A stretch of 63,778 bases of DNA, filler included, from Octopus bimaculoides (lineage: Eukaryota): the NCBI RefSeq assembly GCF_001194135.2. It is 8 parts of 8 records of this genome, joined end to end, with 100 filler letters (N's around TTAATTAATTAA, not from the genome) between each part and the next. Parts side by side here need not be neighbours in the genome. Positions count along the whole stretch, not along the records: positions 23,351 to 32,430 come from NC_069005.1; positions 32,531 to 50,874 come from NC_068982.1; 6 more parts are not named here. One strand, written 5' to 3'. Both the position numbers and the translations under genes were made by a program. The notes below the pieces were generated by a model, which saw nothing but the letters and a program-made list of their open reading frames with translations, did not search any database and was not told the origin of the DNA. Shown one piece after another: positions 27,288 through 38,526 of this stretch; within the stretch, counting starts at the first letter, position 1; each line of letters begins with the position of its first letter.

Positions 27288-27433
27288 GAAAAACTGAAAC
27301 ACAACATTGCCAAGATGTTCTCTCAGATACATAAATCAGTCTTTGACTATTCGGCTCGAATGACAGCTGAACTAAAGAGACACAACTATGTGACACCAAC
27401 TAATTACTTGGAGCTTGTTTCAGGTTATAAACT
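27288..27433 (+). CDS. DNAH2: DNAH2 internal exon C
   Basis: ctacag| and |gtacgt; EKLKHNIAKMFSQIHKSVFDYSARMTAELKRHNYVTPTNYLELVSGYK (dynein RHNYVTPTNYLEL motif); 146 nt, phase 0 to 2. Confidence 0.95.
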
Positions 27434-27536
27434 GTACGTATTCTTCAAAAACATTTAACTGTTTCGTTACTGTTCTCTGTAAAACTCTTGGTACAAGACC
27501 AACATTTACTTGGGATGAGTATAGAGTCAAACTGAG

Positions 27537-27584
<48 letters not shown>

Positions 27585-27589
27585 TCTTT

Positions 27590-28100
27590 CTACTGGAAAC
27601 ACAAGGCCTCAAATTTGGAGTAAGAGATTAAGTCAATTACATTGACCCCAGTGCATAACTGGCATTTATTTAATCAAACCTGAAAGGATGAAAGGCAAAG
27701 TCAACCTCAGCAGAATTTGAACTCAGAACATAAGGACGGACGAACTACCAATAAGCATTTTGTCCAACACGCACACATAGAGACATACACACACACACTG
27801 GCACATAGACTCACATGTAAACATACACAAGTATATACACTCTTGCAGACACACGCACACACATACAGACGTGGCAGCGAGCTGGCAGAAACGTTAGCAC
27901 GCCGGGCGAAATGCTTAGCGGTATTTCGTCTACCACTACGTTCTGAGTTCAAATTCCGCCGAGGTCGACTCTGCCTTTCATCCTTTCGGGGTCGATTAAA
28001 TAAGTACCAGTTACGCACTGGGGTCGGTATAATCGACTTAATCTGTTTGTCTGTCCTTGTTTGTCCCCTCTGTGTGTAGCCCCTTGTGGGTTGTAAAGAA
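27590..28100. mobile_element. SINE family 2, two copies in opposite orientation; further copies near 4720, 25390, 49340, 53760, 54010, 62780, 63580
   Basis: gagctggcagaaacgttagcacgccgggcgaaatgcttagc..ctgagttcaaattccgccgaggtcgac..cctttcatcctttcggggtcg. Confidence 0.8.
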
Positions 28101-28255
28101 ATAACACACTTACGCATGGATACATACAGACACGCTCACACAAGAACATTCATAGACATAGTCTCTCTCTCATTCACTCACACGCACGCATGCACACACA
28201 CACACACACACACACACGAACACAGAAGTTCACACAAAAACGTCCACTGACATAG

Positions 28256-28302
<47 letters not shown>

Positions 28303-28410
28303 GACGTGTGCACACACATGAACACATACACATGTTCACACAAAAATATCCACAGACAGCCTCTCACACACTTTTTTTTAAAAGTTAGTTTTCGTTGTTA
28401 ATTCTTGTAG

Positions 28411-28621
28411 ATTGTTGCTTGAAAAAAAGAAAGAACTTGGTGATGCTGCCAACAAACTTAAAAATGGTCTCAGTAAAATTGATGAGACACGGGAGAAGGT
28501 GCAGAAAATGTCTGTGGAATTGGATGAAGACAAAATAAAAGTGGCCCAGGTACAGCAGCAATGCGACGAGTATTTGTCGGTGCTGTTCCAACAAAAGAAA
28601 GAAGCGGACGACCAGCAGAAG
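28411..28621 (+). CDS. DNAH2: DNAH2 internal exon D (start of stalk coiled coil)
   Basis: ttgtag| and |gtaaac; LLLEKKKELGDAANKLKNGLSKIDETREKVQKMSVEL...EADDQQK; 211 nt, phase 2 to 0. Confidence 0.95.
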
Positions 28622-28670
28622 GTAAACTTTTTGAAATTGTTCAGTGTATGATACACATTCCCAATTTTAA

Positions 28671-29276
28671 TTCTATATTTAAGAGATGAGGAATTATTTA
28701 CATTATTTACAATTGACAGATATTTGTCCTCATCTTGTTTGTTGTTAACACAACGTTTCTGCTGATATACCTTCCAGCCTTCATCAGGTGTTTTGGGGAA
28801 ATTTCGATCCTGGGTTCTCATTCCTGAAGTATTTTTCAATGATGTTGTTGTTGTTCAGGTCACTGCCTGGAATCGAACTCAGAATCTTGAAGTTAGTAGC
28901 CCGCGCTCTTAACCACTACGCCATATGCCCGTTGGCAATTATGGAGTGAATTTTTAGGGCTTATAAATCTTATATTTTCCTATCCTTCCTTAATACCGGT
29001 TCCCATATGCTACTCATATCTGTACTCGGTCTGCTTAGGAGGTTTTTGTGTCCTAGCGTATGTGCTGCTTCTTTTAGTTTTCATATTTTCCAGTGGTATT
29101 CTCTGTCTATTATTTTAACTTCATCCCACAGGGGGAGGTGGTCTCCCTTTTTCCATACATGATCAGCTCTGAAGGCTGGAGGGGGTATATCAGCCAAAAC
29201 GTTGTGCTAATAACAAACAAGATGAGGACAAATATCCGTCAATTGTAAATAAAGTAAATAATTCCCAATTTTGTTT
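28671..29276 (-). mobile_element. 5'-truncated Penelope-like retroelement with inverted 5' pLTR
   Basis: 29167-28970 reads ADHVWKKGDHLPLWDEVKIIDREYHWKI*KLKEAAHTLGHKNLLSRPSTDMSSIWEPVLRKDRKI*, a GIY-YIG endonuclease C-terminus typical of PLEs; about 100-bp inverted repeats at 28690-28787 and 29168-29276. Confidence 0.8.
28747..28792 (-). ncRNA. Minimal hammerhead motif in the PLE 3' pLTR
   Basis: AACAC-CUGAUGA-A-GGCUG(GAAGGUAUAU)CAGC-A-GAAA-CG-UU^-GUGUU; a more decayed inverted copy lies at 29165-29208. Confidence 0.6.
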
Positions 29277-29709
29277 TTCAACCATTAGAGTAATTTGGGA
29301 CTCATGAAAGAAAAGGTAAGTAAAATCACATGCAGGTGATGGTACCATTTAAAAAGCTCTCCTGCTGGTGCTGCATAAATGCACCCATGCCAGTGACATG
29401 TAAAAGGCACCCAGCACACTCTTAAGGGGTTGGTATTAAGAAGGGCATCCAGCTATAGAAACCATGCCACAACAGACAGTTGGAGCCTGGACAGCTCTCT
29501 GCCAGCCAGCTCCATGTCAAACGATGATGATGATGAAAGCTTTGTCTTACTCAGAATGTCTGAGACAAGGGCTAAATTAAAACTCTGAAAACAGACGTTG
29601 GCATTTAAGACAAACCTTATGAAAATGCTTTGGACAGACGAAGGGTTAATCCATCCTGTGTTTGTTGTTTGTTAATCTTTACTAATCCTCTCTCTCTCTG
29701 TTATTACAG

Positions 29710-29968
29710 TTTGTTGCCCAGAAAAGTGAGAGAATATCTGAAGAAGAAATTAAATGCAAGCACATGGCCGACCTTGCCCAGCAGGATCTTAGCGAAGCTA
29801 TGCCTGCCCTTGAAGAGGCTATGTTAGCTCTGGAAGCCCTAAACAAGAAGGATATTGGTGAGATTAAATCGTATGGTCGGCCCCCAGCTCTTGTGGAGAA
29901 AGTAATGGAGGCTGTGATGATATTGAAGGGAAGCGAACCAAACTGGGCAGAAGCAAAACGGCAACTCG
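29710..29968 (+). CDS. DNAH2: DNAH2 internal exon E (stalk / microtubule-binding domain)
   Basis: ttacag| and |gttagt; ...DLSEAMPALEEAMLALEALNKKDIGEIKSYGRPPALVEKVMEAVMILKGSEPNWAEAKRQL, very close to vertebrate DNAH2 as I recall it; 259 nt, phase 0 to 1. Confidence 0.96.
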
Positions 29969-30467
29969 GTTAGTGTCAGTGATTTGGTTTGGTTTCTGTT
30001 TTTATAGATGTACATAAAACTGAATGCGTAGTTTATTCAACAATGTTTATTCAACTGGCCTTCGTGCGGGTGACACGTAAAAGCACCCACTACACTCTCA
30101 GAGTGGTTGGCGTTAGGAAGGGCATCCAGCTGTAGAAACTCTGCCAAATCAGATTGGAGCCTGGTGTTGCCATCTGGCTTCACCAGTCCTCAGTCAAATC
30201 GTCCAACCCATGCTAGCATGGAAAGCAGACGTTAAATCATGATGATGATCATACACACACATTTATATGTATGTATATACCCATACATATATATGTGTGT
30301 GTTTCAGTGTATTTGTCTCTCTGTCTATTTATGTTTCTGTTTACCTATTTAATTATCCCTCCATTTTATCTGTCTGTATATCTAATCGTCTAATTATCTT
30401 TAATGTTTTTCTCACTCATTTTGGTAAATGCATGAAGTACCTTTGTTTTCTCTTCTTTTGCGTTCAG

Positions 30468-30665
30468 GGGACCCCAACTTCATCAAGTCTTTGGTAAACT
30501 TCGACAAAGATAACATCAGCGATCGTGTGTTGAATAAAATTGGTAAATACGTTTCCCAAGCAGACTTCACTCCTGATATTATTGGTCGTGTGTCCGGTGC
30601 CGCAAAATCCTTGTGCATGTGGGTGAGGGCAATGGAGATGTATGGTAGGATCTATCGAGTCGTGG
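30468..30665 (+). CDS. DNAH2: DNAH2 internal exon F (MTBD); 3' end lost in N gap 30666-31165
   Basis: gttcag| acceptor; GDPNFIKSLVNFDKDNISDRVLNKIGKYVSQADFTPDIIGRVSGAAKSLCMWVRAMEMYGRIYRVV; in phase with exon E. Confidence 0.95.
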
Positions 30666-31165
30666 NNNNNNNNNNNNNNNNNNNNNNNNNNNNNNNNNNN
30701 NNNNNNNNNNNNNNNNNNNNNNNNNNNNNNNNNNNNNNNNNNNNNNNNNNNNNNNNNNNNNNNNNNNNNNNNNNNNNNNNNNNNNNNNNNNNNNNNNNNN
30801 NNNNNNNNNNNNNNNNNNNNNNNNNNNNNNNNNNNNNNNNNNNNNNNNNNNNNNNNNNNNNNNNNNNNNNNNNNNNNNNNNNNNNNNNNNNNNNNNNNNN
30901 NNNNNNNNNNNNNNNNNNNNNNNNNNNNNNNNNNNNNNNNNNNNNNNNNNNNNNNNNNNNNNNNNNNNNNNNNNNNNNNNNNNNNNNNNNNNNNNNNNNN
31001 NNNNNNNNNNNNNNNNNNNNNNNNNNNNNNNNNNNNNNNNNNNNNNNNNNNNNNNNNNNNNNNNNNNNNNNNNNNNNNNNNNNNNNNNNNNNNNNNNNNN
31101 NNNNNNNNNNNNNNNNNNNNNNNNNNNNNNNNNNNNNNNNNNNNNNNNNNNNNNNNNNNNNNNNN

Positions 31166-31487
31166 GGGCAAGTGTCTTCTACTATAGCCTTGGGCTGACC
31201 AAAGCCTTGTGAGTGGATTTGGTAGATGGAAACTGAAAGAAGCCCGTCGTATATATGTATATATATGTATGTGTGTGTATATGTTTGTGTGTCTGTGTTT
31301 GTTCCCCCAACATCGCTTGACAACCGATGGTGGTGTGTTTACGTCCCCGTAACTTAGTGGTTCGGCAAAAGAGACCGATAGAATAAGTACTAGGCTTCCA
31401 AAGAATAAGTCCTGGGGTCAATTTGCTCGACTAAAAGGCGGTGCTCCAGCATGGCCGCAGTCAAATGACTGAAACGAGCAAAAGAGC
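31166..31487 (+). mobile_element. SINE family 1 in DNAH2 intron F-G
   Basis: Core and tail match. Confidence 0.85.
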
Positions 31488-31931
31488 AACCCTGTAGCAT
31501 TTAAGCAGGCTATATCCAGCTAAAATATTCTACCTGTTTTATACTCAAATTGGCCAGATTCAACCTCTCACACCTACCCTACAATGTCATTCTAAAGATA
31601 AATGAGCACATCATCGAAATCTCCAAGCCATAAGATAATATCCGGTTCATTCAAAACAATGGGAATAAATAAACAATACATTTGTAGGAATAATGTGATT
31701 GCTAAAGGGTTAAATATTATTAGGGATTGCATAAAAAAAATCAAACCATTTTGTGTATTGTAGAAGCAGAAGTAATTTATTACGCATAGATTTTAACAAC
31801 AAAATCTTATATGGAAACCCAAGGGTTATATGGACCCTAGTTGAGGATCATTGGTTTAATTAAACATTTGTACATCTAATCACGCACACTGCAAACGTCT
31901 TGTGACCCTGCGAATGTTTATTATTTTCCAG

Positions 31932-32096
31932 GTGGAAGCCAACATGTTGGCACTGCGTAACCAATATGACGAAAGAATTGCTCAGAAAGAGGAGCTGAGA
32001 CTAAAGGCAGAACGTACTGAAATGATGTTGGACAGGGCCCATAAACTGGTGTCTGGTTTGGCCGGAGAGAAAGTTAGGTGGGAAGAAACAGTAACA
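31932..32096 (+). CDS. DNAH2: DNAH2 internal exon G (stalk return coil)
   Basis: ttccag| and |gtgagt; VEANMLALRNQYDERIAQKEELRLKAERTEMMLDRAHKLVSGLAGEKVRWEETVT (dynein LVSGLAGEKxRW motif); 165 nt. Confidence 0.95.
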
Positions 32097-32381
32097 GTGA
32101 GTATTATTATTATTATTATTGTTCAGTAGTTTTATTTTTATAACGTGCTTTCACTTCACTACCGAACGCAGCTCTGTGTGCCTTGGGTATGTGCTGTGGT
32201 TTGCTGTGGTGCTCTTATGTTTACTGTATTGAAAGTGTTTTGCGTAGGATGTGTGCAGTGCCCAGTAGTGCAATTTTCTGTATGTTATATATATTTGTAA
32301 GTCCTGGTGTTTTTGTTATGTATTTGTCTGAATATTTTTTTATTATACCTAAGGCACCTACTATGATACGAATTGCTTCTG

Positions 32382-32416
<35 letters not shown>

Positions 32417-32430
32417 CATCATCATCATTA

Positions 32431-32530
32431 NNNNNNNNNNNNNNNNNNNNNNNNNNNNNNNNNNNNNNNNNNNNTTAATTAATTAANNNNNNNNNNNNNN
32501 NNNNNNNNNNNNNNNNNNNNNNNNNNNNNN
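32431..32530. other. Artificial 100-bp join spacer
   Basis: 44 N + TTAATTAATTAA + 44 N. Confidence 0.95.
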
Positions 32531-33010
32531 ATATATATATTAATATTTAGCAGAAGTAACAGAGTGGCTAAAGGTACGTGAGTTTCGTGCGTTGGCAATA
32601 TATATACACACACACATACACGGCATTTCTGTTTGAGTACCAGAATATTCACAAATGTTTTTCGTGCATGATTCTATCATCTTTTCGATACTTTATTCTA
32701 AGTCGGAGGTTCTGAAGTAGTGCAAGTTTTCCTTCTGTGCATGATTATTCTAAAAGACCATCTCGATCACCATTCACTTACTCTTCGACACACATACACA
32801 GTATCCCCTTGTGATTTGTTTCCTTTTCATTTTACATGAAACTGAGAAAAGCAGCCATGTGATGTCTCATGTATGTGTGTGCGTGTGAAAATTCTTGAAA
32901 TAAAGACCAAGGAAACCAGAAATCCGAAAAGGACTCTGTACTGTACAAGTTAACTATAAATGTAGAGCAACTGTTATATAGAGTTAATGTTTTAGCAACG
33001 GTCGACTCAC

Positions 33011-33153
33011 CCCAATTACAGCAAGTCCGCCCCATAATCGTGTTATTCTCCGGGTTATAAATAAACAGCTTCATTCTTTTCTGCCATTTAGGCTTAACAA
33101 AATTAGTTTCAGGTTTACTCCCAGCATTACTAGGTTCCGTCATGCTTGTGTTT
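33011..33153 (-). CDS. ATP1B: Na+/K+-ATPase beta subunit, N-terminal cytoplasmic exon (ATG at 33143)
   Basis: tttgcag| acceptor and g|gtgagt donor; MTEPSNAGSKPETNFVKPKWQKRMKLFIYNPENNTIMGRTCCNWG carries the beta-subunit FxxNPxxxxxxGRTxxxW motif; the downstream TM exon is not found in the window. Confidence 0.85.
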
Positions 33154-33477
33154 CTGCAAATGTCACTTCAACAAGAGTCGGAAAGACTATGGTTATTGTC
33201 TGATTCTGGTCAGAGATTCCACTGGATTCTAATGACGTAACGTCAGCTCTAACAATACTCACCTTACCCCGTCACCCAACTTCTCGATTAAATTTTCTTA
33301 AAAGGTATTTACAAAACCAGGATGAAATACAATTTATGGCAATGTTGTATCTTTACGTATTGACTGTCTTTCACAACCGGTACAAAACTGAGCTCAAAAA
33401 CATCTATTTTCCAAATGAAACTTCGTTTTATGTGAGTAACCGTTAAAGTTAAACTGAGTTAATATTCTGTATCTTTT

Positions 33478-33850
33478 ATTTATTCTTTTTACTCGTTTCA
33501 GTCATTAGACTGCGGCCATGCTGGAACACTTCCCTAAAGGGTTTAATCGAACAAATCGAACCCAGTATCTATTTCTAATCCTGCTACTTGATCTATCTGT
33601 CTGTTTTGCCGAATTGTTAAGTTACAGAGATGTAAATAAACCAACACTGGTTGTCAAGAGGCGGTAGTGGTGGTGGTGGTGGTGAGGGGGGACAAACGCA
33701 AAGAGGCACACACATCTACACATATGTTGGACTTCTTTGAGTTTCTGTCTACCAAATCCCTTCACAAGATTTTAGTCGGCCCAGGGCTATAGTAGAAAAC
33801 ACTTGCTCAAAGTGCCACGCTGGGGGATTGAACCCCAAATCATGTGAAAT
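33478..33850 (-). mobile_element. SINE family 1
   Basis: Core and tail match, diverged. Confidence 0.75.
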
Positions 33851-34134
33851 AGAACACCATACTTAGAATTTTTGCAGACATTGACTTTATGAGCCAATAA
33901 GGGAGCTTGTAGCTATTAGGATTAATTCAACTGGCTTCATTACAATTTTATTGTATATTTTATAAACATAAACCATCATACCTTACAATTTTTGAAGAGA
34001 TTTGGTGATTTCAGTATTTTTCCTTATTTGAGGAGGGCTACAAGAAGAAGTGCTACTTACCACACAGCCACTCCTGCGCTTATTAAATATTTATAAATTT
34101 CATCCTAGAATTATTGTTATTATTATATATAGCA

Positions 34135-35050
34135 CAGGAGTGGCTGTGTGGTAAGCAGCTTGCTTACCAACCACATGGTTTTGGGTTCAGTCCCACTTCA
34201 TGTCACCTTGGGTAAGTGTCTTCTACTATAGCCTTGGGCTGAGCAAAGCCTTGTGAGTAGATTTGGTAGACAGAANNNNNNNNNNGTGTGTGTGTGTGTG
34301 TGTGTGTGTGTTTGTTAAACACACTTATTTGTAAATAATGTAAGTATGTATATGAAGGTATGTAAGCACTAATGTGTATATAAGCATGAATGACAATGAA
34401 TACATGTACATGAATGTACAGATACATGTATACATGAATGAATATGTACACACACACACACACACACGTTTTCATCATTTTATGCTCATTTTTCCATGCT
34501 AGCATGAGCTGGACAGGTCACCACACTTCAAATCACTTTCTTAGATTTACTGCTCACCTCAATGAGCAATAACTGTTGAGCTTAAGATCACATGGTTGCA
34601 GGTTCAATTACCAGACTAGACAGCGTAGTGTGTCTTTGAACAAGGAATTTCATTTCAAGATGCTCCAGTTTGCTCAACTGCAAAAGAGTTCCAGCCAAGT
34701 GCTGATGCAGGTCTCTTTGTCACATCCACAATATTCCACTGGGTCAAAGGCAGGACGGTGTCCATGCTGGAGCACCGCCTTTAGTCGAGCAAATCGACCC
34801 CAGGACTTATTCTTTGTAAGCCTAGTACTTATTCTGTGTATGTGTTTGTGTGTGTGAGTGTTTGTCCCCCCCAACATTGCTTGACAATCGTTGTTGGTCT
34901 GTTTACACCCCCGTAAATTAGCAGTTCGGCAAAATAGACTGATAGAATAAGTACTAGACTTACAAAGAATAAGTCCTGGGGTCGATTTGCTCGATTAAAG
35001 GCAGTGCTCCAGCATGGTTGCAGTCAAATGACTGAAACAAGTAAAAGAAC
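34135..35050 (+). mobile_element. SINE family 1 pieces, including an inverted tail (about 34760-34835 versus 34944-35015)
   Basis: Head at 34135, reverse tail at 34760, forward tail at 34850-35050. Confidence 0.7.
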
Positions 35051-35689
35051 ACACACACACATGGATATTTGTGTTGCTTTATTAAATAGATGCTTAGATA
35101 TACACTCACATCCATACAGAAATAGACAGGCATGTAATTAGATAGATTAATAACATACAACAAAACAAAGTGAGAATGAAAAAAAATTGAGACAACAGAA
35201 TGAAAAAAATTATATATCTAACAAAAAAGGTGCTGCAAAAGTATGTAGAAAACCACTCCCCATTTCATATAATTGGGTCCAGATCATTAGAATCTAGGTC
35301 AAACATCTAAAATATTTCACAAAGCCTTTTTAATGCAATCAATGAAGATTTCAAGCATACAAGACAGTGTCGTGTGTGAACTTCCATATGGCCGATTTCT
35401 TGAGAAATATAATTTACCAGAACCAGCAGACAGTGTTATGTTATTCAATGAAAATGTTTTCATTTCTTCAGTTCTGTTTCTCTCCTCTTGTAGAATTTCA
35501 GCCTTGAACTGATTATGGCAATGTTGTTTAATGAATAGCATTGACTAAGCATAGCAAACATGTGTGTGTGCATGCATATGTGTTTGGGCGGTGTGACAGT
35601 GTGTCTATGCAGATGTTTGCACACATGCATAAGTATGTAGATGTATGCATGGATCTTTCTCTCTCTCTCTCTCTCTCTATTTATATATA

Positions 35690-36062
35690 CTCTTTTATTC
35701 TTTTACTTGTTTCAGTCATTTGACTGTGGCCATGCTGGAGCATCACCTTTAGTTGAACAAATCGACCTCAGGACTTATTCTTTGGAAGCCTAGTACTTAT
35801 TCTATCAGTCTCTTTTGCTGAACCGCTAAGTTACAGGGATATAAACATACCAACAATGGTTGCCAAGTGATGGTGGTAGGACAAACACAGACACACAAAC
35901 ATATATATACGACGGGCTTCTTTCAGTTTCCGTCTACCAAATTCACTCACAAGGCTTTGGTCGGCCCGAGGCTATAGTAGAAGACACTTGCCCAAGATTC
36001 CATGCAGTGGGACTGAAACCAGAACAATGTGGTTGGGAAGCAAGTTTCTTACCACACAGCTA
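35690..36062 (-). mobile_element. tRNA-derived SINE family 1, near full length
   Basis: Head ggctgtgtggtaag..gggttcagtcccactg, core ctactatagcctcgggccgaccaaagccttgtgagtggatttggtagacgg, tail ggagcaccgcc..cagtcaaatgactgaaacaagtaaaaga; many copies in the window. Confidence 0.85.
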
Positions 36063-36291
36063 TTTAGATAGATACATAATTATTACAATTAAAAGCTAAT
36101 TATTCACTCCCTGATAGTAAACCGCAGATTTTCTGCGGTATTGCTTGTGACGCACATGGTAATTCTTGAGGAGGGATAATGGACTGGCTGGCCTATGTAG
36201 GTTCGGAGATGGTTTTGAGTTGTGCCAATGCATGATGTTCGTTCGGTCATGCATGCACAATTGCTAGCATCGTCGAATTTGCAACTGGAAT

Positions 36292-36350
36292 ATCATACTG
36301 ATGAGGAAATGGAGAGTTGTTCGCTCCTAAGCCAGAAATGCGTCTATGAT
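36292..36350 (+). ncRNA. Degenerate type-I hammerhead motif
   Basis: AUCAUA-CUGAUGA-GG..GGAG..CUCC..CC-A-GAAA-UGC-GUC^-UAUGAU; perfect 6-bp stem I; AUGCGU is one CpG-type transition from the palindrome ACGCGU. Confidence 0.55.
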
Positions 36351-38282
36351 TAACTACGACTGGTTAGTTTTCGTTGTTTTTTCTTCTTGTTTTGCCTTTG
36401 TGAGTTACAAGTAATGCCATCTGTTGGAGTTTCAGCATTTTAGCTGCTATTTCTGAACTTCAGTATGTGGTGAAGCAACTGTTGCTGATCCTTTAATTAT
36501 GTTTATAGATAGATACATACATAGATTGACCAATGCATGTTGTAAAGTTAGTTTATAATCATTCACAGTCGACAATTCACATTGTCATTTTTCTGGATAG
36601 CAGACACATTCTTTCAGATGTCTGTAAGAACACACACACAGAGAAACTCTGGAGTAGCAGCAAAGGGAATCACCAGCTTTGAACAAGTAGTAAAGTATCA
36701 TGTTCATAATTATTAAGTTACGGGTTCAATTCTTAAGCTAGGCTGCATTTTGTGTCTTTAAATAATGAGCTTCATTTCTCAATGATTCGGTCCACTCAGA
36801 TGAAAATAAGAACAAGCAGCAGTTGGGATGGGTTTAACTCTGCAATGACCTAGTGCTTTCATTCAAGAGGGGTATGTACTCCTTTGCTTAAATGCCAGAG
36901 AATCTGGGAGAAGTTCCATCCTTAATGGGCCTGTGAGCTCAACAGACAGCTAGAATTCTCTCCAGAACAATCTGAGCCAGTACATTTTGGTTTGGTTATA
37001 TTCCCAGCATTTTTCCTTTTGAACATTAGTGATCTTCAAGAAGTTCTAATGGTATTACTCTGATATAAATAATACCATCTTTCACTCCTTAACTCTCTGT
37101 ACAGTTGTGATAACATTATAATATATCATGAACACTCCCATTGTTAGATGATGGATGAGGGTTATGCAATTTCTTACTGAACAACCACACAGATGGTTTG
37201 TTTATAATGTTGAAATGTTTGTGTTCATTTAAGCTCACTCCCTCTATCAAACTGATGTTGCCTGTGTAGGTGCACAAATGTGCCACATGTCAAATGCTGA
37301 AATGATTGCAGAGCAATGTGAAATGAAATAGTTTGCTAAAGAACACAATGCAACACGCAGTCTTGAAATTGAAACTGTGATCAGGAGTGTAACACCCAAA
37401 CCACTTGGCCATGTTTTCACCATACACACACACAAAACTCACATGCTATATTAGCTATACAAATAAACTCCATTCAAAGGAGTAGTCAGTTCATTTATTC
37501 ACTCAAGACTGTTAATCCACTCTTTCATGAAATGCTCAGAGTTTCTCACTTCAGGCTTTGAAAACAATGTTGTCTGAAGGACTGCTTATAGAGAGAAACT
37601 ATGTAGCAATGGAGTGAATCATCAACTTCAAACAAATGATGTGGATGTGTGTGTGTGTGTACAGAGGGAGAGAGAAATAATAGCTGTATATATAGATGCG
37701 TACACATACATATATGTACATATGCACAGGTATACATATTTACATATAATTTTTATTTTTTTCATTTAGACTAGTGAGATCAGAAGTCACTTTTCCATTT
37801 GAACCTGTGTAGTTTGTTGTGAAAATACAGACTAGGAGAAAGTTCCATCAGACTTTGGTTATGAGGAGTAAAGTTTGAGCAAAGTGCTGAGTGGAGATTT
37901 GTAACAGGAGACATAGTAGGTAGGTAGAGAGAGAGAGAGAGATGGTGGTAATGAGTGTACTGGAGCAAAGATGTCATGTAGTTTGCTATTCCATATGATG
38001 AGATGCCATTAGAGTCACAGTCAAAGAGACAGAGAGGAAATAGGATTTGTTTTTGTTTAGCTGCATGTCACTCCTTATCAAGATCAAAATCTATGATAAA
38101 AACTATACCAACCATGATTACTTCATCTATCCTTTAAAACGGAGGTTCTCAACAGAAGTCCATATGAGGTTTTGTTGTTAAAATTCATCTGCAATAAATT
38201 GGTTATACTTCTACAATACGCAAAATATTTCAATAATTATTTTTATGTAATTCCTAATAAAATTTAATTATAAAAATATAAG

Positions 38283-38526
38283 ACAATTGCAGTGTGGAAA
38301 GTGTTTATAAGTCATTTAAAAACACACAAAAAAACCATTGGATTCACTTCAACATTTAAATTTAATTTGCCAAAATATTTTCATCACTTTGAATTTTGTC
38401 AGTGAACAGGTCGCGGTCTCAAAGTGATGAAAATATTTTGGCAAATTAAATTTAAATGTTGAAGTGAATCCAATGGTTTTTGTGTGTTTTTAAATGGCTT
38501 ATAAATATCTTCCATGCTGGAATTGT
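38283..38526. repeat. Foldback inverted repeat, about 110-bp arms and 26-nt loop
   Basis: 38283-38392 versus 38419-38526; the inner 60 bp are nearly perfect. Confidence 0.9.

Noticed and set aside
35317-35541. 74-aa minus-strand ORF and 40918-41103 ORF
   Set aside because: No convincing splice-site pairs and no recognisable family
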